DNA from: Lingula anatina
Lineage: Eukaryota > Animalia > Brachiopoda
Assembly (NCBI GenBank): GCA_051362555.1
Contig: CM120641.1
Span: 11,408,001 to 11,472,000 of the forward strand
Direction: 5' to 3'
Length of the DNA: 64,000 nt
Shown here: one piece after another, positions 22,971 through 36,776 of the stretch
How positions within the stretch are numbered: the stretch's first letter is position 1
Layout of the letters: the number at the start of each line of letters is the position of its first letter
Translations under genes and position numbers: made by a program
The notes under the pieces: generated by a model
Told to the model about the DNA's origin: nothing
The model's input: only the letters and a program-made list of their open reading frames with translations
Database searches by the model: none

Positions 22971-25900
22971 AATTTAGACCGGCGCCAAGAGGCATAGCAA
23001 CATATTCAGAGAAGAGGTAGATCCTCACCTAGACAAAGAGAAATACCAGATGAGGCAAGTATCAACCCGGCAATGGTATGCATCTGATTCACCGCATCCA
23101 GAACAGAACACTACCTATAACTGGTCCGCGTATCAAATTTGGCCTAACGCACTAATCCCCTAATGTTATCCCCGTTTAACATACTACCCTGTACCCAGGC
23201 CTGCAGGTGCCTAGCAGTTTAACGGATTTAATCACGGCTCCGAGGTAAATTATGTAAATTATCTTAAATTAAAAAAGCACTCCGAGAGCGCAGACCTCCG
23301 CCAAGGCAGCAATTTTTTATTATTATTGATTATTGATTGATTATTGATCCGGATCACCACCAAAACCTAGTCATCTGTTCTTTGGCCCTCTTCTGACAGT
23401 TCCTGAAAATTTCATCAAAATCGGCCCATAACATTTTGAGTCATGTTGATGACAGACAAACAGGGGTGAAAGCATAACCTCCTTGGCGGAGGGGTTGGGG
23501 GTGGTCGGCTCATATCCTAGTTAGATTCCACTTTACCAAAATAACACGATTCAGAGCTGGGCCTCCGAGGACGTGTGTTTTGACAGCGCCCCTTGCAGAG
23601 TTGAGAGCGGATTTTAGAGTGTGTTAATTAGGCTTCTCGCCTTTATTATGAGGAAGGATCGTCTCTGATAGGAAGGTAGATGTCTCGCCTATCTAGTATG
23701 AGATTTACAGATACCGATTTATATAGGGTGCCCTGAAAAGGGCATTTCGTGGTTGGTACGATAGAGGCGTCTCGCCTGTCGAGGGAAGGGGGAGGGTGGA
23801 CTGGTTGCAGAAAGCGCTTTTCGGTCAACAAATGACCTTCATCAGCTGCAGAGTCCGAGATAAAAGAAGAAGAAAAAAAGAAAAATATAGGGACTGAGGG
23901 GGTTGGTAAGCCTTTGTTTAGTGAGTTTACATCAATGGTGTCTCGCCATTGTGAATGATACTAAAAATGTTTAATAAGATACGTAAAAATGTTTGTTTGA
24001 CATTTTCTGCATCTTTACAACATTGTTAGTTGATTTTGTAAAAATGATGGTAAACTTGTTATCGTGTATTGTGTAATAAAGTTTCAAAAATGGAAATAAA
24101 CTCATATCATTGCAGTTTGTCAGATTCAATCAATCAGAATCTCAAAATGGAAGAAATTTGACATTTAACACTGCTCTATTTATATTTTTCCCATCTCATC
24201 AATTTTTTTAGTTGATCATATAAAAATGGCAGTAAACTGTTAATTTTGTTTTATGTTAATATTGTTAAAAATGAAAAAAAAAATACATTTCAGAACAGTG
24301 CTTTCTTGTTTACATTTTGGCATTTTCAAGGTGTGACTTTCAAGTTCCATGGGCCTGAAGACCTTTGCTAGTCACATTTTCTGAATATCCATGATACTAA
24401 TATTTTATTATTAAAAATTGATGGTCATTATGCTGTTAAACATTATGTAATATTGCATCAAAATTTGAAAAAACCTATTTTGGGCACTGCTCCCATGATG
24501 ACCATTTAAGAAAAACCATGTCACTTACTGTTCTCAAACTTACAAGAAAGAAACATGGGACTAAAATACAGCTTCAGTAGGCAATGCAATCTGTTTGGTA
24601 ATTCTTTCTGCCAGTTAAACAGTTTTTTGTGAAAATTTAATTTTTCACATATTGGCATTTTCAAGGTGTGACTTTGAAGTTCCACAGGCTTGAAGACCCA
24701 TGCTAGTCACATTTTCTGAAAATCCATGATACGTTTATTTTATTATTAAAAATTGACGGTCATTATGCTGTTAACCATTATGTAATATTGCATCAGAATA
24801 GAAGAATACAATTTTGGGTGCTGCTGCCATGGTGACCATTATGGGAAAACCATGTTACTTATGACAGCCAAACTTTCAAAAAAGAAATACAGGACTAAAA
24901 TGCAGCCTGAGTTGGAAAAGCAGTCTAATTGGCTTCTTTTTCTGGAAGTTATACATTTTCAAAGTGTGAACTTGAACTCCCATGGGCCTGAAGCCTTATG
25001 CTTGTTACACATTTTACTTACATTGGTGTTACCTGTTGAGCATAATTAAAATTTGATGTTGAATTTGCAGTTTAACATAATGTACTTTTGCATCAGAATT
25101 GATAGTAGCCTATTTTGTGCATAGTTATTTCCTGTTTTTTGTCTGTACATTTGACAGCTTTGCTGCCTTGTTTTTCTTTTTAACTAAAACTTCAACTTTG
25201 TCTTATCAGTTGTGGTGAACTATTTAACTTCGATAAATGCTAGTTTTAAATTAAGTGTACTTTGTATAACAATCGAGCTCGGTGAAACACTACCTGAAAT
25301 TTGAGGAACAAGAAGAAACTTTAATCTTAGCTTGAAATTTATTTTCCCAGGGGAGAACAGCAACAACCCCGATCCCAGAACAAAACCCGATAACGGTTTC
25401 GATCGCGCCGGAGAGGGTGCGATTTTCCCTATTATTATAAATATCTTAAATATGACCACTCTTCTTAGTTTCAGATAGGACACAAGGGACCAACCTTTCA
25501 AAGGGAACCCATTTTGCCAGTATTGGACAACTTCCCGATGGCACGTCTTCTTCGGCTGCTCCTTTACCGTACGAGGTCCAAGGGCGGACATGTTCTCTCG
25601 TCAGTTGTAAAGCAAAAAGACATGTTATTTTCTTGAAAGTTCATAAATGCGGTTCTACCACAATCTCTGCAATCTTCAAACGGGCTGCAGTGAAATACGG
25701 GTTGACCGTTTTAAAGCCACTGCCAGGAAGAGCTACCTTTTACCCGAGTAAAGGTAAAGATGACCCGAGAGCTCACTTTAGGAGAATAACTGTTGCAGAT
25801 GCCGCATACAACCCAAATAAAACATACGACATGATGATTAATCACATGATATTTGATGCTGAAGTTGTAAACTCCATGATGCCCAATGATTCATTTCACA

Positions 25901-26616
25901 TAGGGATTGTCCGTGAACCTTTTTCTCAACTTAAGAGTGCATTTAACTTTTTCTCTTTGAAAAGAAGATTTAATATTACATCTTCTAATAGTCTGCTAAC
26001 GTTTTTCCAAAACCCGTATAGATACTGGGAAATGTTCACGCGCCGAAGTCATAATAGCATTATAAGAAATGGAATGATCTACGAGTTTGGATTTCCAGAT
26101 GACGATATGAAAATCAGAAATAACGAAACTTTTATCGAACAATACATTAATTACATAGATAAACAATTTGATTTTATCATTGTGAATGAACTCTTTGATG
26201 AAAGTTTGGTTTTGCTTAGTAGAAAGTTATGCTGGAAGGTACACGATTTTCTGTATATAAAGCGAAATGCTGGTAAGTACACTCCTGAATTTAAGAATGA
26301 AGACGACCCATGGATCATTCAACAACACAGAGCATGGAGTAAAGCTGACTATCACTTGTACGACTACTTTTTGACCAAATTGAAAAAGACAATTTCTTCT
26401 CAAGGTAAAGACTTTTATAACGAGCTTGCAAGTTTTAAAAATGCTTTGAAATGGGTGAAAAGATGTGGGTTTGAAAATGCGATAGATTCATGTCAACGAA
26501 ATGTCAGTGGAACTTACGTTGCACTGCAGTGTGTAAAATTTGGCCGTACAAATAAACAGAACTCGTCAAGTTTTACTGATCACTCGAATGAAAAAACAAA
26601 ATTTTCACTAATTTAA
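22811..26616 (+). CDS. Galactose-3-O-sulfotransferase-like copy 3; exons 22811-22925 and 25475-26616
   Basis: Signal-anchor exon MNVKNFTLCITTVLIISIYW...LPK|gtaaat (phase 1) joins in frame to the catalytic exon (IFLKVHKCGSTT, REPFSQLKSAF). Confidence 0.9.
22970..23760. mobile_element. Highly decayed CR1/Jockey-like LINE remnants flanking a HINE
   Basis: Weak: the plus strand has FREEVDPHLDK..IPDEAS and a GTAAATTAT tail repeat; the minus strand ~23620-23730 reads APYINRYL*ISY*IGET...ILPHNKGEKPN, resembling the RT N-terminal 'P..KKG.K.N' region. Confidence 0.3.
23277..23492 (-). mobile_element. Helentron/HINE family A copy
   Basis: Reverse complement of the 15513-15838 termini (GCACTCCGAGAGCGCAGACCTCCGCCAAGG...ACCTCCTTGGCGGAGG). 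Confidence 0.75.
23962..25171 (+). mobile_element. 3' part of large Helentron-type family B element
   Basis: Highly similar to ~55286-56400; ends in TGTCTGTACATTTGACAGCTTTGCTGCCTTG plus T-run (subTIR and hairpin). Confidence 0.75.
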
Positions 26617-27339
26617 TATATGGTGCCTGTCACAGAAAAGATTATCGTAGCTTGATCATTGCTAGGCAAATTCTGTTTGTCCAGATAAGATCTACATTCG
26701 GTCAAAAAGTTCGGAAATATGATATCGTTTTTCAAAAATTAAAAACTATGTAATGTAGTGGGAAAATCTTCAGTATGTATTAAAAATAAACGAATGGTAG
26801 TTGCATTATCCATCAATATTTGGTGAAATATTTACCTTAGCTGATATGGCTGTTTTATAATTATTCAAATTAACGATGTTTCCAAACTTTTTTGTTCTAG
26901 TGTATTTGAGGACTATATTGTATGGAATCCCAGGAGGGCCAAATGAAAAAATTTAAAAAAAAAAATAATATTGAGATATTATTGTGGCTTTTGCTGGCAA
27001 AATAATTTCTTTATCTTGATCAATTTGAACTTAATGATATAATTTGCCATGTTTGAAACATCACGCCTTGTAAGTAGCAATGTGCAGTAAGTTTCATGGA
27101 ATAAAATATAAAATTTGAGATCAAACATGGAGCTGAAAAAGGAGAAGATTTAAGACCAATATCATATTGAATATGACTGCTTGTAAACTACTTTCATATC
27201 CGATAAACATAACAATTTGACTTTTTCTCATGTCTCAATGAATTTGGCTGGGTATGTGTTTTTATTCAGATCGATGATATTATTCTGTTATTGAAAGCAG
27301 GTTATGGGTTAGTTCGTCTTGTACAAGCTGTCACTGTTC

Positions 27340-27636
27340 GTGGGGGGGGGGGGGGGAGGGGGGGGGCCTGACCTTCCCCCTTCGGTTTCTGAAAAATATC
27401 ACACTAATATTTTCCCTTTGAAATTAGAATTTATGACTAGCTGATTTATATTTCTTAACTGTTCCAAAAGGCACCGTTTGCCCTCCAAAACACCAAAATA
27501 CATGTAGGTCTATTATGAGGCCCTTCAGCGGACCCCGAACTCCACCACAAGGGGGGCGAGGGTCGGCTTCGAATCGAGACCTGTCAGCCGTAAAAAAACG
27601 GACCCCCCCCCCTTCAAATCCTGGATTTGCCCCTGT
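27340..27636. mobile_element. hAT-type MITE, 5'-deleted paralog of 11131-11415
   Basis: Same body and the same downstream flank (TCATACCACCTGTAAACCGCG) as in copy 1. Confidence 0.75.
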
Positions 27637-29777
27637 CATACCACCTGTAAACCGCGTTCAGCAGACAAAAAGGGTTTCTTCTTTGCAGAATTCTATGAAA
27701 AATGTGTTTTCACAAAATTTGCATCGTTGCAATTGCTATGACACGTTTGAATGTTTTGTAATGGTTCCCTATTGTTATAAGGGCTTGCTTAAACTGGTGT
27801 AGACCGCCTTTGATCCCAATGTGCTCTTTAACGTCATAGGTGGACCCAACTAAATCTCAGCATAAAACAAAGTTACGGAAAAAAAACATTTTCACCTGTG
27901 ATGTGATCATTAATAAATAAAAGCACATGATACTGGAGGTGGGACAACCTTTTTGAGCAATGTTGTATACAGTAAATTATTGATGGTATCAAAGTAGCAG
28001 CTGAGAGAAATTCATGTTTTATTTTAATAAAATACTCACTGACTATGATACCCTCTTATTACCACTACCTGGTTTATATATGATTAATAATATCTTATTA
28101 CCACTAACTGGTCCCAAGCTATATTTACGACCTATACCCGTTCTTGGAAGAACACAACGTTTTTTTTCTCTTTATTTATTTATTTATTTATTTATTTGCG
28201 TCCAAGGCCCGTTATGTTTTGGTGCTTATTCGAGACGTTTGCTGAAACCCTGCAAAAATAAAATAATTGTGTACAGAAGAGGTGAGGGTAATGTTCGGAT
28301 GAAGTTCGAATGAAATCTTTAAAACGTCCTCCAATAAAATTTCAAATGTTTAAAACGATAGTCGAAACTGTTTTGGACACATATTTATATTGATGCATAT
28401 TGATGGGGGACACAGGGTTTGGCGGACCACTCAATAAGAACTGACGTATATGTATTTGAAAGAACTGCGGTGGCTTTTTTCAAAGATAGTGCCAGTAGCG
28501 CCATGCTACCCTGGTATGTCAGCATTTTGTTTTAATTTAGCTAACAGACATGGCTTATTTTATCCTTATATGTGTAATTTTGGCACGTCCATTTTCGTCA
28601 GAAAGTTGCAAGGTTCAGAGGATTGCCTCCATCAACAACGTGCACTCACCTTGAGGTACATGTGTACATGTATCACCATACCATATTTAGAACAAACAGT
28701 ATTCATTTTGATTTCAATTTGGAATGTGCAAATAGTGAACCTTGCTTGATCATTGCCTGGTCTCTTGGGATATTATACCTTCCAGTTATTTATGTTCTGT
28801 GGATTTAGAAATTTTCATATATTTCTGACGCTTCCAGAAATGGGCACCGTTGTGATAATCAAAACAACTTTCAAGAACGTTCTGGGAGTCGGTATGATGA
28901 CACCAGTATTCAACATGTTTTCAGAAAATTTAATCTGTACATACTTCTAGGTCATATTTAACAGGCGCTTCAAAATTCTAGTAATGTTTGGTGATGTTAA
29001 CATCTTATAGTGTATGGCTGGCAAAATAATAAACGTAACTTATTTCAAAGTCCAATAACTTCAACTGTTCACAGCCTTTGAATTGAAATTTTGGACCAAT
29101 TTTTGAAACATCAATATTATTATTCAACCCTAAAACTTCCAAGTGTTAAAGTGAAACCGTTTTGATATTATAATCATCACAAAAACTCATTGACGGGTGT
29201 CAAAACTGGCAGACACTGGCACCTGTCAGAAGTCACACACACCAGCATGGCATTTATATTCTTAATATTTTAGGTTTTTCGGTGTCGGCATACAGAAACT
29301 AAGAAAGATAGAGTCATGAAATTTTCATCATTTATTTAAAACATCATTTCCCTAAAATATGCCAAATTTCATTGTACTGTCTTTAAAACTGTTATTTGAG
29401 CCACCCTGTATACATTCTTTATAAAGCTCTCACTGGGGTTTTCTTTATAAAGGAGTGAATCTTATAAATTGAAATAACACGAAATAACACTGAAGTAGAT
29501 TCCATTTTATGATTTTTTTTCCTTGCACAATGCTACTCACGAGATGTAAAAGTTTACGTTTATAAGTGCAAGTTAATCACAAAATTACATTTATTTTGAA
29601 AAAAAAAGACATAAATAAATCTCAATATAGTCATTTGCTAAATCTTATCTAGTCAAACACACTTTCCTAGGCAATGCTTATTAAGCTAAGGTAACCGTTT
29701 TTTTTTTTTTCCATAGGCACCATGTCAGACGTGTTTTCTTCATGTACAGCGTCCATTAATACTAGTAGTGCAGCGAA

Positions 29778-32700
29778 CTAGTTCTGTTTATTTCTCCGGT
29801 CATGTTTCACACACCGCAGTGAAAATTTTGTTTCGGGGCCATTTTTTTGACAGACATCTATCACATTTTCAAACCTACATCCTTTTACCCATTTCAAAGC
29901 ATTTTTAAAACTTGCAAGCTCGTCATAAAAGTCTTTACCTTGAGAAGAAATTGTCTTTTTCAATTTGGTCAAAAAGTAGTCGTACAAGTGATAGTCAGCT
30001 TTACTCCATGCTTTGTGTTGTTGAATGATCCATGGGTCGTCTTCATTCTTAAATTCAGGAGTGTACTTACCAGCATTTCGCTTTACATACAGCAGATCAT
30101 GTACCTTCCAGCATAACTTTCTACCAAGTAAAACCAAACTTTCATCAAACAGCTCATTCACAATGATAAAATCGAATTGATTATCTATGTAATCAATATA
30201 TTGTTTAATGAAAGTTTCGTTGTTTCTGATTTCCATGTCGTCATCTGGAAATCCAAACTCGTACATCATCCCATTTCTTATAAAGCTATTATAACTTCGG
30301 CGTATGTACATATTCCAATATTTATACGGGTTTTGGAAAAATGCTAGCAGACTATTCGAGGATGTAATATTAAATTTGCTTTTCATTGACAAAAAGTTAA
30401 AGGCACTCTTAAATTGAGAAAATGGTTCACGGACAATTCCTATGCGAAATGAATCCTTCGGCATCATGGCATTTACAACTTCAGCATCAAATACCATGTG
30501 ATGAATCATCATATCATATGTTTTGTTAGGACTGTATGCGGCATCTGCGAAAGTTGGCTTCCTTACATGAAGGTGCGGGTAGTTCAGATCTTTACTCGGG
30601 TAAAAACTGGGTCTTCCTGGCAGTGGCTTTAAAACAGCCAACCCATATTTCGCTGCCGCACGATCTAAGATTGAATAGACAGTGGTAGAACCGCACTTAT
30701 GAACTTTCAAGAAAATAATATGTCTTTTTTGTTTACATTTGTCGTGAGAACATGTCCGTCCTGGGACCTCGTACGGTAAAAGAGCAGCAAAAGATGTGTC
30801 ATCGGGAAATTGCCGAACACTGGAAAAATACGTCCCATCTGGAAGGTTGGTCCCTTGGTTGGTCCTATCTGTAACTAAGAAAAAGTGGTCATATTTCACA
30901 ATGCATACTCTTAAAAACTTCCATGTGGAGTATGTATGTATACTTCATTTGAAAATACGCACCAGGACGCTATCAGAGGATTAAAGTCAGCCATACCATA
31001 GACATATCCTGTCTTGCATATTATTGATAACCAGGTTGTTAATCGATACGTATTTTTATACGCTGTTGCTCAAAGTGGTTGTCACACCCTGCAAAATTTG
31101 GGTTTCTGAATAATGTTATAGGATTTTAAGCTGTATTTATGTTGTTATTTTGGATTCTTTCTTCTTGGTAGTAAGCAATGACCATTTGATATTAACTAGG
31201 TCAAATATGAGCACGTCAATGGATGGCAGTCCCAAAAATAAGTTTAGGGTGTGAGGGGTACAGTATGTGAATAGATGTTGCGAGCTTAGCTATAAAAGGG
31301 ATGTTGTTGCGTTGATATAAAGTGGATTTTCGAGGAAGATGAGATCTGACCACCACCAATCTATAGGCCTACGTGTTGTATGAGCTGAAGCCATGCCAGA
31401 TGTTACAAGAAAACGTAGATGAGGCCACTGGAGGTGTTTCTGTTCATGTTTGGGATGCTTTTTTTTCCATAGGTGTGAGACAATTCGTTCTTCTGTGAGA
31501 AAACGCCAACGCCAAGGCGTTCAGAGATATCTTACAAAATCAATCGATCACATTTAGCCTACACTTGCAATATTCCGGCCACTTGGCAACAGTTTTTGTA
31601 AACGAATACAACATTCTGCTCATAGATCAACCCGCGAGAAGCCCAGATATGAACCCAACTGAACATCTTTGGGGCGGATTTGGGAGGGCTTTTCGTGGGG
31701 ATTTATAGGCGTTAACCTATTAACAGAATCTGTATTGAAAACGGGGCATTTTCAAGGGTGATATTAAGAAAACATTCAGTCCACAGGAAGTGTGCAATAT
31801 AACCATGTTTTCGTTTCTTTTGCATGTGATAAAATATTTTGTATCTGCAATGATACAACTGTTCAATAAACAAAATTTTATATTTGTAACAAAATCCATA
31901 CATTTTATTAGGTGTGACAACCATTTTGAGCAACAGTTTGTGCCCAGTAGCTGCAAATTTTGTTTAAGTCTTCATATAGGTACAATTTTTATCAAGGTAT
32001 GAGATTGTTTATCGTTTCTTGACCTTACTGAAGCCATTTTTCTGGTTCACGTACGCATACTAACTTAATAAACTTTTCAGCCGACACACAACCGCAGACG
32101 TTACTCTGTTGATAAACCAATGACGTTCCTCTTAAAGTTATACTGTTATATATATATACTGAGTTATTATAGAGTAGTCTAAATGAAATACTTCCATGGT
32201 GATACTGAGATGTTAACTGATTTTTTTAAATTTTAATACTATAAATGCACAGCATTTTTCAAATTATTTTATAGTGAAAAGGGAACTTTAATGAGAAAAT
32301 TCTGATTGGTCACTTTTTAGTGACGTCGATAATTGGGACTGCTGGGTTGTAACATCATTAAAAAAATCCGAGGTGACATAAAAAAAGCATGCCGTGCGGC
32401 AATCTTGTGTGACACCCAGATGCCGTAATTTCGATCGGATACAATAACAAAAACATCAGCTATTTTGAGACATCAAAACGTCAAATCTGCATCAATGGTT
32501 TTAAGTTATAAAAACCTTTGCGTGACCTGCGGGCTGAAGTGTGCAGTCCGCACCGTCAAGTGATGCCATGAATAAGCAGTTAGACATCTTCAAATAAAAA
32601 CGACAATAAACGAAAATGTCAGGTGCAAAAATGCCATTCAGATTCAAATTTTTGGTAATTCTTTTGTTTGTATACTTGGTCGGTAACTGTACGTAAATTG

Positions 32701-32857
32701 TCAACATCACAGATTATCTGAGAGACAGAGACGTCTTACCTTTTCCAGAAGCTTTGTTGTTCACCGCATATCTGTTGCTTATTTTACTCTTCCCCCAATA
32801 AAGGGCAACTATCACTACCGAGGTTATGCACAGCACACATATTTTCACTTTCCCCAT
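29778..32857 (-). CDS. Galactose-3-O-sulfotransferase-like copy 4; exons 32857-32740 and 30868-29778
   Basis: Exon 1 MGKVKICVLCITSVVIVALYWGKSKISNRYAVNNKASGK|gtaaga (phase 1) joins ttacag|ATAGGACC; IIFLKVHKCGSTT and REPFSQFKSAF motifs are present. Confidence 0.9.
31061..31938 (+). mobile_element. Decayed, internally deleted Tc1-family transposon
   Basis: TA|CGCTGTTGCTCAAAGTGGTTGTCACACC...GGTGTGACAACCATTTTGAGCAACAG TIRs; internal remnants GGVSVHVWDAF, ENANAKAFRDILQN and PARSPDMNPTEHLW (Tc1 'WPxxSPDLNPIEHLW'). Confidence 0.85.
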
Positions 32858-33390
32858 CTTAGATTGTGTTTTATGAAATCTGCTGACCTGAATGCATGTT
32901 GTGATATACTGGTATGTTGTATTTCATTAACCTAACTTTCTTGCATATATATTGTCTAACCAAAAGAAAAACATCCTGGTTTAGATGGCTATACCGTATA
33001 ATTTTATAAATTCTTTTGGAGTGATACCAAAGAGCCTCTGCTAAGGTCACTGAATAAATACTTTGAAGTTCAGTAAATGTCCACATCCCAACGCCAAGGT
33101 ATGTGTGAGATAATAGGCCTACACTGTGTTGAGGCGACTGAGAGCCAAAATGTCTGTCTGTTTATCTATAGACATATATGTGAATATCTGTGGAAAATCA
33201 ATCTGTCGCCCTGGTAGAGGGTACTCCCTACCCAGGTTCTTTTGGAAACATCGCTTGGACGAGTTTATATGGAATAAACTCGTCTATGTGCGCTGGTCAC
33301 CTCCCGCCAAATTCTTACGTAGTCTGACCAATTTGGCCAATTTTTGTTCAATACTTGCAGAGATGCCGTTATTTAATCTGTTTAATGGCG

Positions 33391-33739
33391 CGTGTGGAGG
33401 CGGGGAGACTATCAGCATATAAGTCGCCTCTTCTCTCGTGTGGTGTCCGCCATATTTGATCAGTGGATCAGAAAATCCTTGGATCTTTTATTCTAAATGG
33501 GCTCATACATTAATAACGAATAAAAATCTTGTATTATTAAAGTCGGTAAACAATGAAATTGATTCAGATAAAGAAGCAATACCTCTTAACAACCATGACA
33601 AGTGGAAGGAAAAGCTTAACATCGGGTCATTCAGAATATAGAAGATTAGAGTGTCAACTGGTCCAAGGATCAAATATGGTGGACCCTACATGAAAGGAAG
33701 ACCGCTTAATCTTGAAATGGTCTCTCCGCCTCACACACG
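33391..33739. mobile_element. Element with ~80-bp imperfect terminal inverted repeats (MITE-like)
   Basis: CGTGTGGAGGCGGGGAGACTAT...GTCCGCCATATTTGATC (33391-33470) versus GATCAAATATGGTGGACC...ATGGTCTCTCCGCCTCACACACG (33658-33739); one arm is also present at ~12790-12895. Confidence 0.6.
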
Positions 33740-35203
33740 AATGGAGCTGAGATTTAATTACTGTGCCCCCTATTTCAAAAAGGAGGATCTTTTCACAAAA
33801 AAATTACTGATTGTACAAAAAATGCATAAGTTAACGATGGTAAAAATAAATAAAAGCTACATTTTTGTATTTTTTACAGTATACTCTGAATTGGAAGACG
33901 CGCCTGACCTGTCTGTGCGTGGAGTCAAAAAGTTCTGTAACGTTTGAGCAGTGATGGCATTCCACGGTGCAAAGATGGTATGAAATCATTTTTGTTTTCA
34001 GTGGTTTCCTTCGGTCGTCCTTATCCAGGTAATCTTGCCCATTGCCTGTTTGGTTATGATGTTGTCTAACCCTCTAAATGCATGGTTCTCATGGAACAAC
34101 CCAACCTTCTGGTAATTCGGCGGGTCAAAACCCCCTCCCGCGTCAACCGCTTGGTCAAAAATGTAGCCCTCTCACTTGGAGCCGCATATTAAAAATAACT
34201 GCATGGTGTTGGAGTTTTTCAATGGTTTAGCTAGGTAGGCCAGTGTTCTACTACTAACATCCCCCGATGATTGGTTGCCGACTTGTTATGTAATCGAAAA
34301 ATAAAACTATCGGTACTCTTGTAGCAATGTACATTATTAAAGATATGAGACAGAGAAAATATCATGTTATCATTCAGGCTTATTTCCTGAAGATCACATA
34401 TGATAAAAGACTGAAAGTTATAACAAACTGGCAACATTTAAGTTTTAAACTGGGCTTAATAAAATAAAACATCGTAGCCTACGTATTGCAAATGAATGTA
34501 AAGGAGAATGATTTTAATTTGATAAACACAATATAGTACATAACCCAGTGAATTTGCCTGAAATTCCGATTACCATAAGAACTTTAACAATGTCGCCACA
34601 TAGAGCTGTCTAATATTCTCTACAGGATTTTCGCGAGATGGTGACTAAGGTACAGTACATCTCCTGCAGCTACACATACACGTACACATACAGGGTCTCC
34701 GTTATTATTGTGGACATTTTTTGTTGACATCAGACCAAAATGACTGTCTATTTATCTAGAGATCTATCTGTAAATATCTGTGAAAAGTTATGTAACAATC
34801 TGTCGCCCTGGTAGAGGGTACACTATAGGTAGAAAAGATATCAGGTATAAATAAAATCTGAAATACAAATGAGGCAAAATTGTGAATAAGTGTCTCAAAA
34901 GCGTTCTACTCAATAACAGTTCACCTCCGGTCGTCAGGGTACTCGGACACTAACAATCTTACTTGTTAGTCATAATTTTATTTGAAATAATTCATAGACA
35001 TAATAGGTAGTAAAACTATTCCCAATTATTTATAGGCCTATAGGGGGCTATTTATCTAAAGTCTCATATTAAAGTTATTGGCATTATTATTATTATCGTT
35101 ATCATTGTTATTACTGTTAATTGTTATTATTGTTATGGTATTTTGAGTGTATACTATTGTTTTACCTTGCTAATGACCAAAATGTTACGGTGAAATTAAC
35201 TAC

Positions 35204-35206
<3 letters not shown>

Positions 35207-35279
<73 letters not shown>
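35207..35279. repeat. (TA)n microsatellite next to a HINE family A terminus fragment
   Basis: Pure TA run followed by ACCTCCTTGGCGGGGGGTAA. Confidence 0.9.
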
Positions 35280-35282
<3 letters not shown>

Positions 35283-36569
35283 CTCCTTGGCGGGGGGTAA
35301 TTATAACCATCATGATTGCTATCAGTGGGACGCAGGCCTTCAGTGCCAGGGGGTAGTTATGTAACAATGACCAATTAACCTTCCATTTCGTCGCGAGGTC
35401 ATTAGTACAGGCTTGGACATAATAATTCGTCATTATGTCCAAGGTACAGGGATGTAAAAAGAGCAGTCCGAGAAATATATATTTAAAAGTAAAAATATTA
35501 AATTCTCTCTTGGACCCTGGTGCCAGTGGATAGAAGCTCGATTTGTGTTTTTATTCGGGTAAACCTTACATACGTGAATTTTAATACAACATGCAGTAAC
35601 CAAAGACAGATGACACTGATATATATTCATCCCTTCATGTACATCGATCACAGCCGACATCATTCCCAGCTGGTTCGTTACTGGCTGAATCCATGTTACG
35701 AACCTGTGGGGACACATCTCATGGTACGGATGTAGTCTCTAATTTATGACCTACTTATATGAGTGTGCCAATGTATATAACATATGTTTATATTTTTACA
35801 GCCACATCCGGGCACCTGTTGATATAGAGTCGAGTACTCGTGAATATGGGTTGAATAGGGGAACATTTCGGTCTGTCAGAAGAGCAAGGTTACATACTAT
35901 TTTAGGGTAAGTTTTGCTATTTTACAGGGCACTGCCGTTTGTTGCAGCCTGACTTCCATAAAATGCAAGTTTAAGTCCCATCTCTAAATTCATGTACGGA
36001 AAGGTCATGACACCAGCCACCTGTTGAACTGTTCAATATTGAACCAATTTAAATGGTTAAACTTATATAAATTTTATTGCTATCTGGACACTGTCTTTGG
36101 CACTGGCATAACGTAGTTATTTTTTAGTCCAAATCAGCTATATTCTACATTTACTTTTCTATAAATAGAAAAGAATTTATAATATAACCAAATTGTTTGA
36201 CTGTCACCACCAATATAGTTTTACTGCAAGTGTTGGCGCGTTCTTCTCGCGATGTCAACTTGACTGGATGGTCTAAGCTGCTATAATAGAAAAAGAAGAC
36301 AGGAAAAATGCAATAAGAAGAAAATTAATCCATATCAGATCATAACACGTTTATTAGTTTGTATTAATTCTTACATTTTGATAAACTCACATGTTGAGCA
36401 CAGCATAGTAGAATATGAAGAGGATTCCAGTTTCATCTGATGTACTTCATAATTATAATAACTTTATTATAATTGCTATCCATGGGGCTGATATAGGACA
36501 TGGAAATAATTTTATAACGGACGCCGTGCCATTTTTGGCCAAGATACAGACTAGTTGTTGACACTCTGG

Positions 36570-36776
36570 CCTCCCTGGGAAGGATGCAGTCTGCCATATG
36601 AGGCGCTCAAAGCTAACAAATGAACAAAATGTCTGTTGCTGCCTTACTAACTTTCCCCTGCTTTAACACCTAAGTGCTGAGTACCAAGTGGGAAGTCAGC
36701 AGGTACTGTTTAAAGGGTTGAACCCAAGTCCTCCTGCTTCTGAGGTAGACACTCTCACCATAAGGCCATCAAGTTG
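36570..36776 (-). mobile_element. tRNA-derived SINE with V-domain-like core
   Basis: Minus strand: A box TGGCCTTATGG, B box GGGTTCAACCC, then AACAGTACCTGCTGACTTCCCACTTGGTACTCAGCACTTAGG resembling the V-SINE core (TGCCTCCCTGCTTGGCACTCAGCA), and a LINE-like tail. Confidence 0.65.

Noticed and set aside
28330-29410. Mariner-like element ending GAGCCACCCTGTA
   Set aside because: Only one plausible terminus and no transposase remnant recognised.
35206-35442. ORF ending in IYIYIY (similarly the THTH and SLSL ORFs)
   Set aside because: Translation of microsatellites.
35800-35910. Possible non-coding 5' exon of the MYRIP-like gene
   Set aside because: Splice-like signals alone are insufficient without transcript data.
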